A stretch of DNA of 52,638 bases, counting the filler, from Jimgerdemannia flammicorona (lineage: Eukaryota), in NCBI GenBank assembly GCA_003990765.1. It is 2 parts of 2 records of this genome, joined end to end, with 100 filler letters (N's around TTAATTAATTAA, not from the genome) between each part and the next. Parts side by side here need not be neighbours in the genome. Positions count along the whole stretch, not along the records: positions 1 to 26,269 come from RBNJ01000740.1; 1 more part is not named here. One strand, written 5' to 3'. The position numbers were made by a program, and so were the translations under genes. Below the pieces are notes generated by a model. That model was not told the DNA's origin. It saw only the letters and a program-made list of their open reading frames with translations, and made no database searches. Below are positions 12,401-26,000 of the stretch, one piece after another; the first letter of the stretch is position 1, and the number at the start of each line of letters is the position of its first letter.

Positions 12401-14157
12401 TTATTATCTTCAGGTGGTATCTTATGCCACCAGACCACCTAATACTTAGGTAGCAGCCACCACCAAACCTCAATGCTCTAGTTCCAGATCTCATTTCAGT
12501 CTCACTCTTTACCAACACCCACCAACTACTATCTGCTGGGCCACAGATCCTGCCCCAACCCCCTCTGATACTCAATTCCATCACTAATATCAAAGTTATC
12601 AAGGAGGACTCCCTCCAGCAATACTTAGTCCTATCTCTATATCACTGGGCCCTAAGGCCTTTCTCTCTCATCTCTCTGTCAACAAATACCAATGTAGTAT
12701 ACCTTATCAGTGATATCCTACCAGAAGTCCTTAAACTGCATGTACCCATTATTCTGAAGCTCAATCAAGGATAGAAGATCTCTAGTGGATCCTCTCAGTG
12801 AGAACCTCATCTCTCAGATATTCTTCAATAGAGAAACCCAGCTACCATCCTCCAGCTTGATAGCTTTCTTCAGCCACCATACTCTCAGATAGTGTAATCT
12901 CTTTGGGAAGTCAACCAGCCTAAGTCCCTCTCTAGTTACTGGTAAGGATATAATTTCCCAGCTAATCTGACTCCTCCTCCCTGTCCAGATCCACCCCTTA
13001 GCCAGTTTTAGCAGTCTCTTTACCACCTAGGCCAGGAAGTCTAGATGATATATCAGATACTATAACTTTGGTAGCCAGTAAGTATTCAAGATGGAGACAT
13101 ACCCCATCAGAGATAAGTGGTGGCCTCTCCAGCTCTGCAGGGCCTCTCCTCAGATAGCCACCTGCTGCTCCCACCAGAGTTTTGAAAGAATGGACCTATA
13201 TACTGACAAATAGATGCCCAAGTATCTCACTGTCTCTCCAGCAGAGACAATTGTTCCAATGACATCCCCTCCCACCAGGCCATTATCCAGCACTATTGTT
13301 TCACACTTATACCAATTAAGTTTAGCCCCAGAGTGTGCCTTATATCGCTTCATAGTCTTCTTGAGTTCCTTAATATTGGTAATGGAACCCAGGCTGACTA
13401 CTATATAATCTGCAAAAGCACCAACTTTCCACTCAATGCTATAAACTGAAAGCTCTCCTATCTTCCACTGAATCCTTCCATTAAGAGCTCTAAGAAGAGT
13501 GCATACAAAATAAGAGACAGCAGGTCTCTCTGGGGAACACTCCTACCCAGAGAGAAAGCTACCCCTCAATGTCTATTATATATGAGTGCAGCCCTGCTCC
13601 CTTCCAGTAGACTGACCATTGCTATTTGGAACTAATGAGAGACTCTAATTCTGTCCAGTACACTGCCAACTAAACCCTCTGAACACAGTTGTATGCCTTC
13701 TCCTGATCCAAGAAGACCAGGTGCCCATCTAACCTACAGGTCTATGCCTCTTCAATAATACTGTATACTCAAGCCATGCTATCTCAAATGAGTCAGCCCC
13801 TGACAAATCCCCACTGCTCTACCCCCAAGATCTGCTGGACCACCTTCTGCAGTCTTGCTACTACCACCTTAGTAATTAACTTCCTGTCTATGTCCAGTAG
13901 TATAATTGGCCTCCAGTTCTTTCAGTCCTCTCTCCTACTCTTGTTCTTATACAGCAGTACCACCAGCCCCAGATCCTGCTCTCCTACCCATCTCTCAGAC
14001 TGTAGTACCAAGTTACAGAGTGCCCTCAGCTCTCTCAGTATACTGGGGACATCTACTATCTTCTTCCAGAAAGCCCAGGGCAGACCATCCTCACTCAGTG
14101 CTGTACTCAACATAGTTGTAGCTAGTGCATCGCAACCTGAGCCAACTCATGTACATA

Positions 14158-14425
14158 TTTAACCCAACCTAAAATTATATATCACCTGTCTTTAACCCTA
14201 TCTGGAATTATATGTAACCTGTCTTTAACCTGACCTGGAATAATATGTCACCTGTCTTTAACTCAACTCAGAATAATATGTCACCTATCTTTAACCTAAC
14301 CCAGAATTATATATCACCCATCTTTAACCCAACCTGGAAATGTATGTCACCCATCTTTAATCTGACCCAGAATTATATATAACCCATCTTTAACCCAATC
14401 CAAGAAATATACATGATCTGACCTG
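14158..14425 (+). repeat. Left subterminal tandem array, 33-bp unit x~8
   Basis: Unit ~TTAACCCAACCTGGAATTATATGTCACCCATCT. Confidence 0.9.
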
Positions 14426-15059
14426 AGAAATCCCCCACACTGACCTCTCCATATTCCTCCATGCTGACCTCCCCCATACTAACTTCCCCTGCACTGACCT
14501 CCCCCATGCCAACCTCCCCTGCACCGATCTCTCCACTGACCTCTCCACTAGCACCAACTCCTCCACCAGCACCAACCTCTTCTATCTCTCTATCTCCTCC
14601 ACTACCACTCCCCTTAACAAAATACACAAGTCTACCATCCATCAGTCATATATAAAGCATTTTGTCATTCTTTATCAGTACTTGTTCAAATATGGCCAGC
14701 AGTTTTTCGTATTCATCCATGATGACAATTCCATCTGGACAACCTCACTTATTCCACACTTTGGCATTTACCTTGAAGCTAGTGTGGTATAACGAACATT
14801 CTATGATTTTTGCACAGTTTTCTATCACTCTTATGACTTCTTGCCTCAGTTAGTCATTATGTACTTTCTTAATATGTTTGTTGGCTGTAGCAAAAGCATG
14901 CCTAATGCCTGATTTGTAAGGCCTTTTCTCTGTGAGGTTTGGGGCATCTGGGAAATTGGTTTGGCAATACTTCCAGATAGTGTTTAGGCAAACTTGATGG
15001 CAAAAATGGCAATTGTAGCAAGATTTGCACTCTGGCCCAGGCTTAGAAGCTGGAGGATA
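14373..15059 (-). pseudogene. Second, divergently oriented ORF inside the hAT element; Cys-cluster protein with Gly/Glu-rich repetitive tail
   Basis: One frame over ~690 nt: YPPASKPGPECKSCYNCHFCHQVCLNTIWKYCQ...HAFATANKHIKKVHND*LRQEV...VWNK*GCPDG...LYI*LMDGRLVYFVKG. Only three stops (TAA, TGA, TGA), each explicable as C->T from CAA/CGA. Confidence 0.55.
14430..14560 (+). repeat. 15-bp tandem repeat (CTGACCTCCCCCATG-like)
   Basis: About 7 degenerate units; in-frame GEVSA/GEVSM repeats on the minus strand. Confidence 0.75.
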
Positions 15060-15224
15060 TGTATGTTTCGAATGTTATTAGAAAAAAAATTTGGATATTG
15101 ATTTAAAAAGAAAAAAAAAAAAAAAAAACTAATTTTTTTGAGCTGTATTATTGAGATCTGGTGGGGGACCTTGTGCTTGTAGACCAGCAGCAAGCTGGCG
15201 GTCAAGCTGGAGATTGGGGAGCTG

Positions 15225-15380
15225 AGGGTCAGCAAGCTGAGAGTTGGTGAGCTCAGTAACCTAGGTGTCAGCAAGCTCAGCAGGCTGGGTATCAGCAAGC
15301 TTGGTAGGCTGGATGTCAGCAAGCTCAGTAGACTGGGTGTCAGCAAGCTCAGCAGACTGGGTGTTGGCAAGCTGGGCATC
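15225..15380 (+). repeat. 24-bp tandem repeat (CAGCAAGCTCAGCAGACTGGGTGT-like)
   Basis: About 6 units, giving PSLLSLLT repeats in the minus-strand ORF track. Confidence 0.8.
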
Positions 15381-15597
15381 TTTAGGGCACTGAGCTTTGG
15401 GATGGCAAGCTGAAGTGCATCAAGCTTGGGGGGGGCCAAGTAAATACTTATTGGCCAGATAGTCATATCTATGTTTTCTCAACATAGTGGTGAATTAAGT
15501 GAGGTGAAGTGAAGGACGAGACAAAGCAAAGGACAAGGTGAAAAGAATGAGAGGCAAAAGTAAGCTTTCGATATCTTAAATGTTCAAAAGCTATAAC

Positions 15598-15712
15598 ATC
15601 TTTCAGAAGCTCTTTTGGAATCTCTCCAAAATCTCTTTCAGAAGCTCTTTCTGAATCTCTTCGAAATCTCTTTCGGAATCTCTTCAAAATCTCTTTCAAA
15701 ACCTATTTCTAA
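15598..15712 (+). repeat. 12-bp tandem repeat (AAATCTCTTTCG-like)
   Basis: About 9 degenerate units. Confidence 0.75.
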
Positions 15713-15811
15713 ATTGTATGTTGTTTGCAATCTGAGGAATGAGGGTGAGGGAGGTAGAGAAATATGTGAGGGTTGTGCAAGAGGAGTGGAATACAAGAGG
15801 AGTGGAACATA

Positions 15812-16445
15812 AGAGGAGTGGAATACAGTGAGGAAAGCTCTAGATTGTAAGTGTAAGTATAAGCATAAGCACAAGTGCAAGCTTTGCTCCACTCAGCTGA
15901 TAGCTGATATCACATGATATCAGCTTATTATTAGCTTGTCAGACTGAGCAGAGCAAAGCTTACACTTATGTTTATGCTTATACTTATGCTTGCAATCCAG
16001 AGCTTTTCTCACTATGTTCCACTCCTCTCTGCATAATTCAGTAGGTTCTGTATAAGTCCCAATTGAGCAAGGTTTACAATGACATTTGAGCAAGGTTTGT
16101 GGTACATTTGAGTGAGATTTGCAGCAAGGTTCGAGTAAGATTTGCAAACAAGATTTGCATAAGCCAGGCTTTGCAAGCCTTGTGCTTGCAAGCTCAGCTG
16201 ATAGCTGATATCATGTGATATCAGCTTATATATATATCATATCAGCTTGTAACTGAGCTTGTCCAGACTTGCAAGTGTAAGGCTTACAAAGCCTGGCTTA
16301 TACAAATCTTACTTTAATCTTACATGCAAATCTTGCTTGCAAATCTTACTTTAAACTTACTTGCAAATCTTGCTCAAACCTCACTGCAAATTTCACTCAA
16401 ATACACTACAAACCTTGCTCAAATGTTGTTGCAAACCTTGCTCAA
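15812..16445. repeat. Two adjacent long inverted repeats, each enclosing the same 24-bp palindromic core
   Basis: Arms ~15812-15898 / 15943-16028 and ~16063-16198 / 16252-16445. Cores AGCTGATATCACATGATATCAGCT (15902-15925) and AGCTGATATCATGTGATATCAGCT (16203-16226). Confidence 0.85.
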
Positions 16446-16806
16446 CATAGAACACACTGAATCTCCAAAGTATGTTTACTGTTTGCAGTTGCTTAATGGG
16501 TACTAGTTCACCACTCATGCATATTTATTCATCCATCCTCTATCCACAATTGATCATTGGCTATCACATACTATCCTACTGCTCTCTCTCTTGCTGCCCC
16601 TCAGCTTGCTGACTCCTGTTCCAGGCCCCACAGTTTCTGGCTTTTCTCACCACTTACTACCTCCCCCCAACTCTCTACCCTCTAGTTCACTGCCCTCCCA
16701 GCTCATTTCCCAGTTCACCACTCCCTAGCTTGCCACTTTCTGGCTACTTTCCAGCTCTCAGCCTTCCACTCAAGCTCCCAGTCCCCACCATCATCAAACA
16801 TTTGAA

Positions 16807-19152
16807 ATGTCTAAAGATCAAGAAGTACATTTAGGAGAAATCTCAAAACCATCAGATGATATATCAGAGGATATATTGGAGGATATATCAGATATCTCTA
16901 CTAGTTTGTTATCACCAATGAGCATAAGAATAAAAATAAAAACAAAACCTAATGATAGCTGGGTGTGGAATTATGTCACAAAGGTAGTTTTATATATTGT
17001 ACTAATAGTTGCATTCATAGGGGTGATTGGTCTCATTAGTTGTAAGAGTGGGTGGTTGGTTATAAGTAATTGAGGTTCTAATATAGTCTCATATCTCTCT
17101 ATTCAAATAGAATTTACAAAGTAAGCTCATCAGTTACAACCATTACATGACTTAGAACTATATATCAAAGGATGGCAATATTAATAATCTTAAATGACAG
17201 CTTTGGAAGCATCACAATACCATGCTCTTACCTCTCCAGCATGCTGAGAATCCTCACTGGTCTAAGAAAGATAATATTGTGAGTATGGATAGAATGGAAT
17301 TCAGGAAGTACTTAGGAGGTTATTAGAAAAATAATTTATCAAATTTTATTATTACAAATAGGAATACACTAGCAAGACTTTAAGTGATGAAAATTTCCAT
17401 CAATTAATTGCCAACTTTATTGTCACTGGATATCAGTCATTATCTACTATCGCAAATACTGGCTTCAAGTATCTCCTTCACATATTATACTCTGATCTGG
17501 CCCTTCCATCGGCTGATATGATTTTGTGAGTTATTCAAAAGAAATTTGAACTATTGTGGACTTAAGTAAAAGCAAGGCTAGCAGGGCTCAAGTTAAAGGT
17601 ATCACTTACACTTGATTGTTGGATATCAGACATTAACATCAAGGCCTTCTTTGGAATAACAGTCCATTGGATTGACAGTGATTGGAAGATATATGACATT
17701 ATCTTAGACTTTGTGAATATCAGTGAAATAACACACATGGGTATCAATCTTGTGAAAAATCTGGAGCTGGTAATAGATAATTTATTGTCTAGTGATAATC
17801 AAATCTGCTGTTATGTATAATAATGCCAGTAACAATGATACTCTGTTTGAGAATCTCCATCATCTGCTTGCTCATGTATGCTGTTTCGGGCATATGTTAA
17901 ATCTCATCATTCATGATGCCCTTAGTTCTTTTAGCAAGCCTATTGGAAAGCTACAGGAGTTGATAAAGAAGATCAAAAATTCAGTGCAATGACAAGTACA
18001 ACTGGCAAAGGTCTGTAAATCCTCCGAAATTCCTATTTTGAAGCCTCTCTTAGATGTTATGATGAGATAGAGTTCTATATATGAAATATTAGTATGTGCT
18101 CTGGAGATTTATAAGGTAAGATTTTGAATTTATTTGTATAGATTTTGGAATATGATTTGGAAGTATTTTGGTACTAAATAAATTGATATTATATCCAAAT
18201 AGAGCTTGGATATATTGTATGTCATAGATAAGCAAATGGGTGATATATCTGAAGATGTATGGTAACAATTTGAATTGATTTACCAATTTCTTGAGCCTTT
18301 TACCAAAGTGACAGCCATGATGTCAGCTTTGAAGTATCCTACAATAGCAGCTGTTATCCCACTATTTAATCAGTTATGTGATCACCTCAAAGATGTCATT
18401 GATATATATCAAACTGGTGAACATTTTAATCAGATATATATATGATTTTGAAAGTAATTTTATTTGTGAATTTAGGAACTAATTTAGTAAGTAATTGGGA
18501 AGTAATATGTATATATTTTTATTTTTTATAGATAATACTTACTACTACTGAGAATGTATATGAAACTTTTAAAGTATTACTACAAGATGACACCATTATA
18601 CAGTATAGCTTCGGCCTTAGATCTACATATCAATATATGTTATTTCTGTCATGAGCAATAGAAAAAATCCTTAATTGATGAATGGAAGAATCAGATGGAA
18701 TGTATCTGGGAAAAGGAGTATAAGCCTGTTAATGCTGTCATTATACCCTCAATATCTCATAATGCTGATGATTTTATCAACTCAATATATGAGAAGAAAC
18801 AGCACATCAATGTGAATGATGAGCCTGAATGGTGGGTGTTGTTTTTATGTTTTTTTATTAGCTTAGTTAATTTTTACTCATATTTCTCTGTTTCAGTTAT
18901 TTGTCAGAGAATCCAGCTGATCCTCATATAAATATACTGGATTGGTAGTGACAAAATCAGTCAGTATATCTTAATATTTTATAAATGGCTTGTAATTATC
19001 TTGCTATTTTGGCAACATCTGTTCCATCTGAATGTATTTTTTCTATTGCTGGTGAGCTAGTGACTGAACATCGAAATAGCTTGTGTATAAATACAATTCA
19101 TACATACATGTGTTTGAATTCTTGGTGGTCTTCAGATATTTTTCACTTTTAA
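16807..19152 (+). pseudogene. hAT transposase, intron-containing (~5 introns), degenerate
   Basis: BED-finger start SWVWNY (~16960). KVSLTLDCWISD..AFFGITVHWIDSDW (~17595-17690). HVCCFGHMLNL (CxxH, ~17873). DVMMR*SSIY (DVxTRWNSTY, ~18053). Dimerisation domain LATSVPSECIFSIAG..HRNSL (~19010-19085). GT-AG introns, e.g. 16984-17110. Confidence 0.9.
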
Positions 19153-19194
19153 TTGCTCTGAATATTATCTAAATATTTTCTGAATCATTTTTTC

Positions 19195-19525
19195 AGGGTA
19201 GAGTTCAGAGAGTTGGGTTCAGGGTTGGGTTCAGGGGTCAGGTTCAGGGTCAGGTTCAGAGGTTGGGTTTAGGTTTGGGTTAAGGATAAATAATGGATTA
19301 GGTGATATACATTTCCAGGTTGGGTTAAAGATGGGTTATGTTTAATTCTGAGTTGGGTTAAAGATGGGTAATATATCTTTTCAGATTGAGTTAAAGATGG
19401 GTGATGTACAATTCTGAGTCAGGTTAAAGATGGGTGACATATAATTCTGGGTTGGGTTAAAGATGGGTGATGTATAATTCCAGGTTGGGTTAAAGATAAG
19501 TGATGTCTAATTCCAGGTTGGCTGT
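19195..19525 (-). repeat. Right subterminal arrays: G-rich ~12-bp repeats then the inverted 33-bp unit x~7
   Basis: GGTTCAGGGTTG-like units at 19195-19285. GGGTTAAAGATGGGTGA..TAATTC(C/T) units at 19300-19525 are the reverse complement of the left array. Confidence 0.85.
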
Positions 19526-22500
19526 TTTATGGGTTAGGTTTCAGGTTAATTGAGTTGGGTTTGCAGAGCACTAGTTGTGACAAGAACTTGATGAATCTCC
19601 TCCTCCTATACTGGCATCACCAGGTCATCCAGCCCTTCTGCCTGTGGTAGGTACCAATTCTCTAAGACCAGACCAATGGTAGCATCTTCTGCCCCACCCT
19701 CCTTCTCACTCTACAAGTCACTCCACCACTTCTTCAGTAATCTGAGAATATCTTATATACTATACACCAATGTTCTCTCAGAATTGAGAACCCTCTCTCA
19801 CTGCTGCTGAACCCTCCTTACTCAAAGGGTCCTCATGAGAAACTTAGAGGGCCTCTCTCTTTCCTTCAGCCTCTACCAATATAGATGTGTTATTATACTC
19901 TGTACCTGCACTTCCTCCTCCTCTCACAATATCTGTTGCAACTTCATAATTTCCTTTTTCACCTGTAGTAATCTCCAATCCTCCACCCTCTCCAGGACTA
20001 CCAAACCTGCCCAATCTTCCAACAACCTCATCAATCTAGTAGAGGCCCACAACCTCTTCTTTCTCCTCTATCTCTCAGCTGCCATATCTGTCTCCCTTCA
20101 ATAGACCCTAGCAGCCTCCTTTAGCCACATCTACCTAATGTCAACTGAGGTACCTTCCCATATCCACTACTCCACCCTCTGCTGAATATTCTCAGCCCAC
20201 TTGTCCCACAGTACCTTATTGTCTATCAGAGAGAAGTTGAGGTACCAATGTTCTGGTCCATTTCCACTCCCCCCAAAATGACCCTATCCCAGTAGTCTTC
20301 AATAATCAGACCATAGACACTATTCTACTTCCAGAGACCCCCAAACATCCAGCCCCCAGCAGTCTGCTGTAAAAATCTAGTCAATCCTCATCTCTAGACC
20401 ACATGCCTAATGTGTATATACCCTTCTGTCACCCTACAGCTCCCTGCCAGCATCAATCAAAGCACTCAGCCTCTCTACTTCCTCCTATATCTCCAAACCT
20501 CCACTCCTTCTCTCCACCCCTCACCCTTCATCAGTTCTATCTAACAGTACATTTCTGACAATATTAAAGTCTCTGCCAAGCATGTCCACTCCAGTTTCTG
20601 CCAGAGTCCCTTCCTCCTGAAGACCCTTCAGCTACTCTACATACTCACCCCATGCTGTAGAGCAGTAGCAGGATCCAACTGTAACCAATTCCCACTCAGT
20701 ATAAATCCACTCACCCCAGACCAGCCTATCTCCCCAGTTCTGCATATTCCATATCTCACCTCTGCTCTTTCTAACCAGAATCCCAACCTTGTCCTTCCAA
20801 ACTATCTTTCCTCTCCATTCCTTTATCTATTCCAATTTATCCAAATCATCCTCATATCTGATATCCTGCAAAAGAAATAGATTGGCCTCTAATCCCATCA
20901 ATGAAATAAACTCCAGAGCCCATTCACATTTAAAGAGAAAATGTTGGTTATACTGTTCATAAGGAATAATATATAATAGTAGGCAGATCCTTTACTGCTC
21001 TATATACATCTCCTCCTGAGCCAGATCTAGATCATATTTCACAGCTTTCTCCTCCTCTTCAGTCCTCTTAGCCTCCATTCTAGCCAGAAGTTCCATAAGT
21101 TTCCCATCCTTCTTCTCTTTAAATTCTTTATGATATTTCAGACAGATCTTCTGCCAGAGCTGCAATCCATGCTACTCTGCCCAACAGAAAGCAGCCCTCT
21201 AGCCAGCAACAACTGCCAGCCCAGCCTCCCTCTCCTTATCAATCTCATACCCTTTCTCCTCCAGGAAAATTGCAAGAATCTCTGCCTTCAGTACCTCCAC
21301 CACTCTCTCACTATGTAAGATATGTGCCTAATACTCATTACTCATTACTCACAGGTCCACCTCCCACAACTTCTCTGCTGCAAAGTTGTTTATTATCTTG
21401 CACATCCAGAGCAGATTTCCCACCTCCTTTCTCCTGGAAGTCACTGGCTGCCCTCTATCCAGCATCAAGATATCAGTCCCTACACTTGCAGCCTTATCCC
21501 ACTTCTCCTCCTGAATATCCACTAGCTCATCCTCACCCACTGCCACTACCTGCCCCCCCTTTGCCATCTCAGAAACCCCAAAGTGTACTCTCTGGACTCC
21601 CTGCATGGGCACATCCTCCACCACCCTGCTCCTTGAGGCTGGACCTCATCTAATAAGTGATATAGGGGTCAGGGACAGCTCCCAGACCTCAAAGGTGCTA
21701 TCTATATAAGGGTTATTTCCCTTCACCTCCTCTCCCCCTCCTGGCCCCTTCTCTGCATTCTCTCTATCCTTACCAGCCCAGATGCTCTCCTTGGCATCTC
21801 TTATGATTTCAATGCCATCAGCATCTTTCTTTGCTCTGCTTTCCAGTTTTGCCAACAGCTCTCTCTGCCTTTTGCATTCTTGGGATCTTTTCCACTACCT
21901 CTTATCTATCTGAATCCTCTTTCCATCCATCACTTCCAAATGTATCAACTTAACATACACCTTCCAAGCCTTAGCCCTCTACTCTACAGTTCCACTCAGC
22001 TCTTCCAGTGCCTCCAGCAGATCCTCTTCCTCCTCCTCACTCCCCTTCACCCTTATCACCTTGTACAAGATAGCCCCCCAGACTATCACTGAAGGCCAGT
22101 TCTTAGCCTTCTCAGTAGCTTTCTTCTCTGCCAACCAAATTCAAACATCAATATCTCCAGTCCTGAATGAGGTCCCCTCCTAGACCCAGAACCCAACATT
22201 GACTACCTCACTATACTCAGCCATGACTTTCTCAACTCTCCTCCTTGTCTCCTCAGCAGTCACTATGGATACCTTCTTTACCAGCAATTGCACCACCCTG
22301 GGGTCCCACCTCAAGTAGCATACCATCAGAATACATATCTCTCCAATCATCAACCTCATCTTTAGTGCCTCCTCCAATGGTCCAGCCTCCTCAAAACCAA
22401 CTTCCACTCCTTCCAGTCCCTTCAGGAACTTCACAGATACTACTTCAGCCACCTGCTTAGCAATCAGCCCTAGGACCATTTTCACTATCACTGCCAAGCC

Positions 22501-23099
22501 CCAGAAGCACAAAGTGACTGTAAACTCCAAGATTGATTTCTTAAGTAATGGTGCCACCACCAGTTCCATTATACCATCTGCCAAATCACTAGGCCTCATA
22601 CCATTTTCACTACTCAGTCTACTATCAGCAGTCTCATCTAGATTTTTTTTCTGATTATTTATTACTCTCTCATCAGCAGTCACCCCCTCAGCTCCTACAT
22701 TACCAGCCCACTACTCTGGCCCTCCAGAGAGACTCCTCCTTGAGGCTGCTACTTAGCAGTCTTCTCTATCTTCACCATCTCCTTGCCCCTTCTAAGCCAG
22801 CCCTCCAGCCCAGCTCTCTGCTGACTCCCCTTCACCTTATTCACAAAGCTCACCCTCTCTGTCCTCTGACCTCCAGTACTGCTCCCTCTCCTACCACATT
22901 CTCCTGCCAGCAGACCCCTCATGCCTCTCTTCAAGCCAGGACCCCTCCCTACATACTGCCAGTTGAATGCACCTGGGCCACCCTGCTCAGTATATATCTT
23001 GAAATGCTCATCAGTTGCTATAATACTAGTAGCTTTTCTCCAGAAACTGTGTTGAAAGTATTGTCAAAAGGTTGTATAACCTAAATGTTACCAGAGAAA

Positions 23100-26000
23100 G
23101 ATGGATGCTCAAGTATCTCACTGTCTCTCCAGTAGGGACAATTGTTCCAATAACATCCCCCCCACCAGACCATTATCTAGCACTATTGTTTCATACTTAT
23201 ACCAATTGAGTTTGGTCCTAAAGTATGTCTCATACTACTCTATAGTTTTTTTTAGTTCCTCAATATCAGTAATTGAGCTCAGACTGACTATCATATTATC
23301 TACAAAGGCACCAACTTTCCACTCAATGCCAAATACCAAAAACCCTCTTATCCTCTGCCAAATCCTATCCATTAAGGGCTCTAAGGAGAGTATATATAAA
23401 ATAGGAGACAGTAGGTCCCCCTCAAGAACACCTCTACTTAGAGAGAAAGCCACCCTTCAATGCCCATTACATATGAGTGCAGCCCTGCTCTCTTCCAGTA
23501 GGTTGACCATTATCACTCAGAACTGTTGAGAGATACTAATCCTATCTAGTACCTTTACCAACCAGACTCTCTGAACATGGTTATATGCCTTCTCCTGATC
23601 CAAGAAGATCAGGTACCCATCTAGTCCACAGACTTGTACCCCTTCAATAATACCATATACCCAAGGTATGCTATTCTGAATGAGCTGGCCCCCAACAAAT
23701 CTCCACTGCTCTATCTCTAAGACCTATTGGGCCACCTTCTGCAGTCTCACTACCCATCTTAGTAATCAACTTCCTGTCTATATCCAGTAGTATGATCAGC
23801 CTCCAGTTCTTCCAGTCCTCCCTCCTGCCCTTATTCTTATATATACAGCAGTGCCACCAGCCCCAGATTCTGCTCACCTATCTATCTCCTAGACTGCAGT
23901 ACCAAGTCACATAGTGTCCTCAGCTTGCCCAGTATACCAGAGATGTCTACCATCTTCTTCCAGAAATCCCAGGGCAGGTCATCCTCTTCTGGTACTATAT
24001 CCAGCATAGTCACAGCAAGAATCTGATGAATCTTCTCCTCCTGCACTAGCAATATCAGGTTGCCCAGCCCTTCTGTCTGTGGAGGGTGCCAATTCTCTAA
24101 GATAAGATCAATGGTGGCAGCCTCAGCTCCACCCCCTCCTCACTCTACAAGACCTGAGAATGCCTTATATACTATGCACCAATAGTCCCTCAGAATTGAG
24201 AACCTCCTCTCACCTCTGCTGAATCCTTCTTGCCCAAAGAGCCCTTGTGAGAAACTTAGAGGACCTCTCTCCTTTCTCTAGCCCCTGCTAATGTAGACAT
24301 ACCACTCCTAGTAATCTCCAATAATCAGACCATAGACACTATTCAGCCTCCAGTAATCTCTAAATATCTAGGCCCCAGCAGTCCACTGTCAAAATCCAGT
24401 CAATCTTTGTCCTCAGATCACTCATCCAATATATATATAACCTTCTGTCACCCCAGAATCCTCTGCCAGCATCCACCAAAGCACTTAGCCTCTCTACTTT
24501 CTCTCATACCCTCAAACCTCCACTCCTATTCTCTGCCCCCTGCCCTCCATCAGTTCTATCCAACAGTGTATCTCTGACCATATTAAAGTCCCCACCAAGT
24601 ACATCCACTCCAGCCTCTGCTAGAATTCCTTCCTTCTGGAGACTCTTCACTCATTCTATATGCTCACCCTATACTACAGAGTAGTAGCAGGATTCCACTG
24701 TAACTGGTTTCTGACTAGTGTGAATCCACTCTCCCCAAACCAGCCTGTCTCCCCAGTTCTGCATATCTCATATCTCTCCTCTGTCCTGCCTGACCAGAAT
24801 CCCAACCTTGTCCTTCCAAACTATCTCCTCTCCCCATTTCTTCATTCATTCCAGTTTATTTAAATCATCCTCACACCTGACATCCTGCAAAAGAAAGAGA
24901 TCAGCCTCCAATCCCTTCAGCTAAGCAAAAATGTTCTGTCAATAAAACAAACCCCATAACTTATTCACATTTAAAGAAAAAATATTGGTTGTACTATTTA
25001 TAAGGAATAATGTATAATAATAAGTATACTCTCTACTACTCTATATTCATCTCCTCCTGAGCCAGATCCAGATTGTATTCTATAGCTTCCTCCTCCTCTT
25101 CAGTTCTCTTAGCCTCCAGTTCAACCAGAAGTTCCATGAGCTCCCCATCCTCCTTCTCCTTGAATTTCTCATGATATTCTAGGCAGGCCTTCTGCCAGAG
25201 CTGCAATCTATATCACTCTGCCTAATAGAAAGCAGCCTTCTCATCAGCAGCAACCACCAGTCCAGTCTCCCTCTCCTTATCAACCTCATACCCTTCCTCC
25301 TTCAGGAAAACTACAAGAATCTCTATCTTCAGTACCTCCACTACTCTCTCACCATACAGGATATGTATCCAATACTTATCACTTATCACTCATAAGTCTA
25401 CCTCCCCCAACTCCTCCATCATAAAGTTATTCATCATCTTGTATATCTATAGTAGATTTCCCACCTTCTTCCCCCTGAGGGTCACTGGCTGCCCTCTATC
25501 CAGCATCAAGATATCAGCTCCTATACTCACAGTCTCATTCCACTCCTCCTTCTGAACATCCATCAGTTCATCCTCACCCACCACTACTACCTACCCTCCC
25601 TTTGCTACCTCAGGAATACTAAAGTATACTCACCAGGCTCCCTGCATAGACATATCCTCTGCCACCCTGCTTCTTGAAGCTGGACCTCATCTAATAAGAG
25701 ATATAGGGGTTAGGAAAGGCTCTCAGACCTCAAAGGTACCATCTACATAAGAGTCATATCCCTTTACCTCCTCTCCCACTTCTGGCCCCTTCCCTGCATT
25801 CTCTCTATCATTGCTGGCCCAGACACTCTCCTTAGCACTCCCCATGATTTCAATGCCACCAGTATTCTTCTTCACTCTGCTTTCCAGATTTATCAACAGC
25901 TCTCTCTGCCTCTTGCATTCTTGGGACCTTTCCCACAGCCTCTTATCCATCTAAATTCTTTTTCCATCCACCACTTCCAAATATGTCAACTCAATATACA

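Larger units (their letters stand above)
14123..19573 (+). mobile_element. hAT-superfamily DNA transposon, 5451 bp
   Basis: Ends TAGTGCATCGCAACC / GGTTTGCAGAGCACTA. 8-bp TSD GTTGTAGC (14115-14122) / GTTGTGAC (19574-19581). The empty site is visible in LINE copy C (~24008). Inverted subterminal 33-bp arrays and an internal hAT transposase. Confidence 0.92.
12420..22995 (-). mobile_element. LINE copy B, interrupted by the hAT insertion at 14123-19573; 3' end missing
   Basis: RT motifs FLDQEKAYN (~13700), GAFADY (~13410), VRYLGI (~13225). Sequence resumes colinearly at 19574. ORF2 start MNSITNIFSLNVNG has its ATG at 20960. 5' end ~22995 matches the 5' end of copy A. Confidence 0.9.

Noticed and set aside
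14158..14425. 33-bp periodic array resembling a CRISPR
   Set aside because: No unique spacers, mirrored at the other transposon end, eukaryotic context, no cas genes. These are hAT subterminal repeats.
19195..19285. Telomere-like G-rich repeats
   Set aside because: Not TTAGGG arrays; internal to the hAT right subterminal region.
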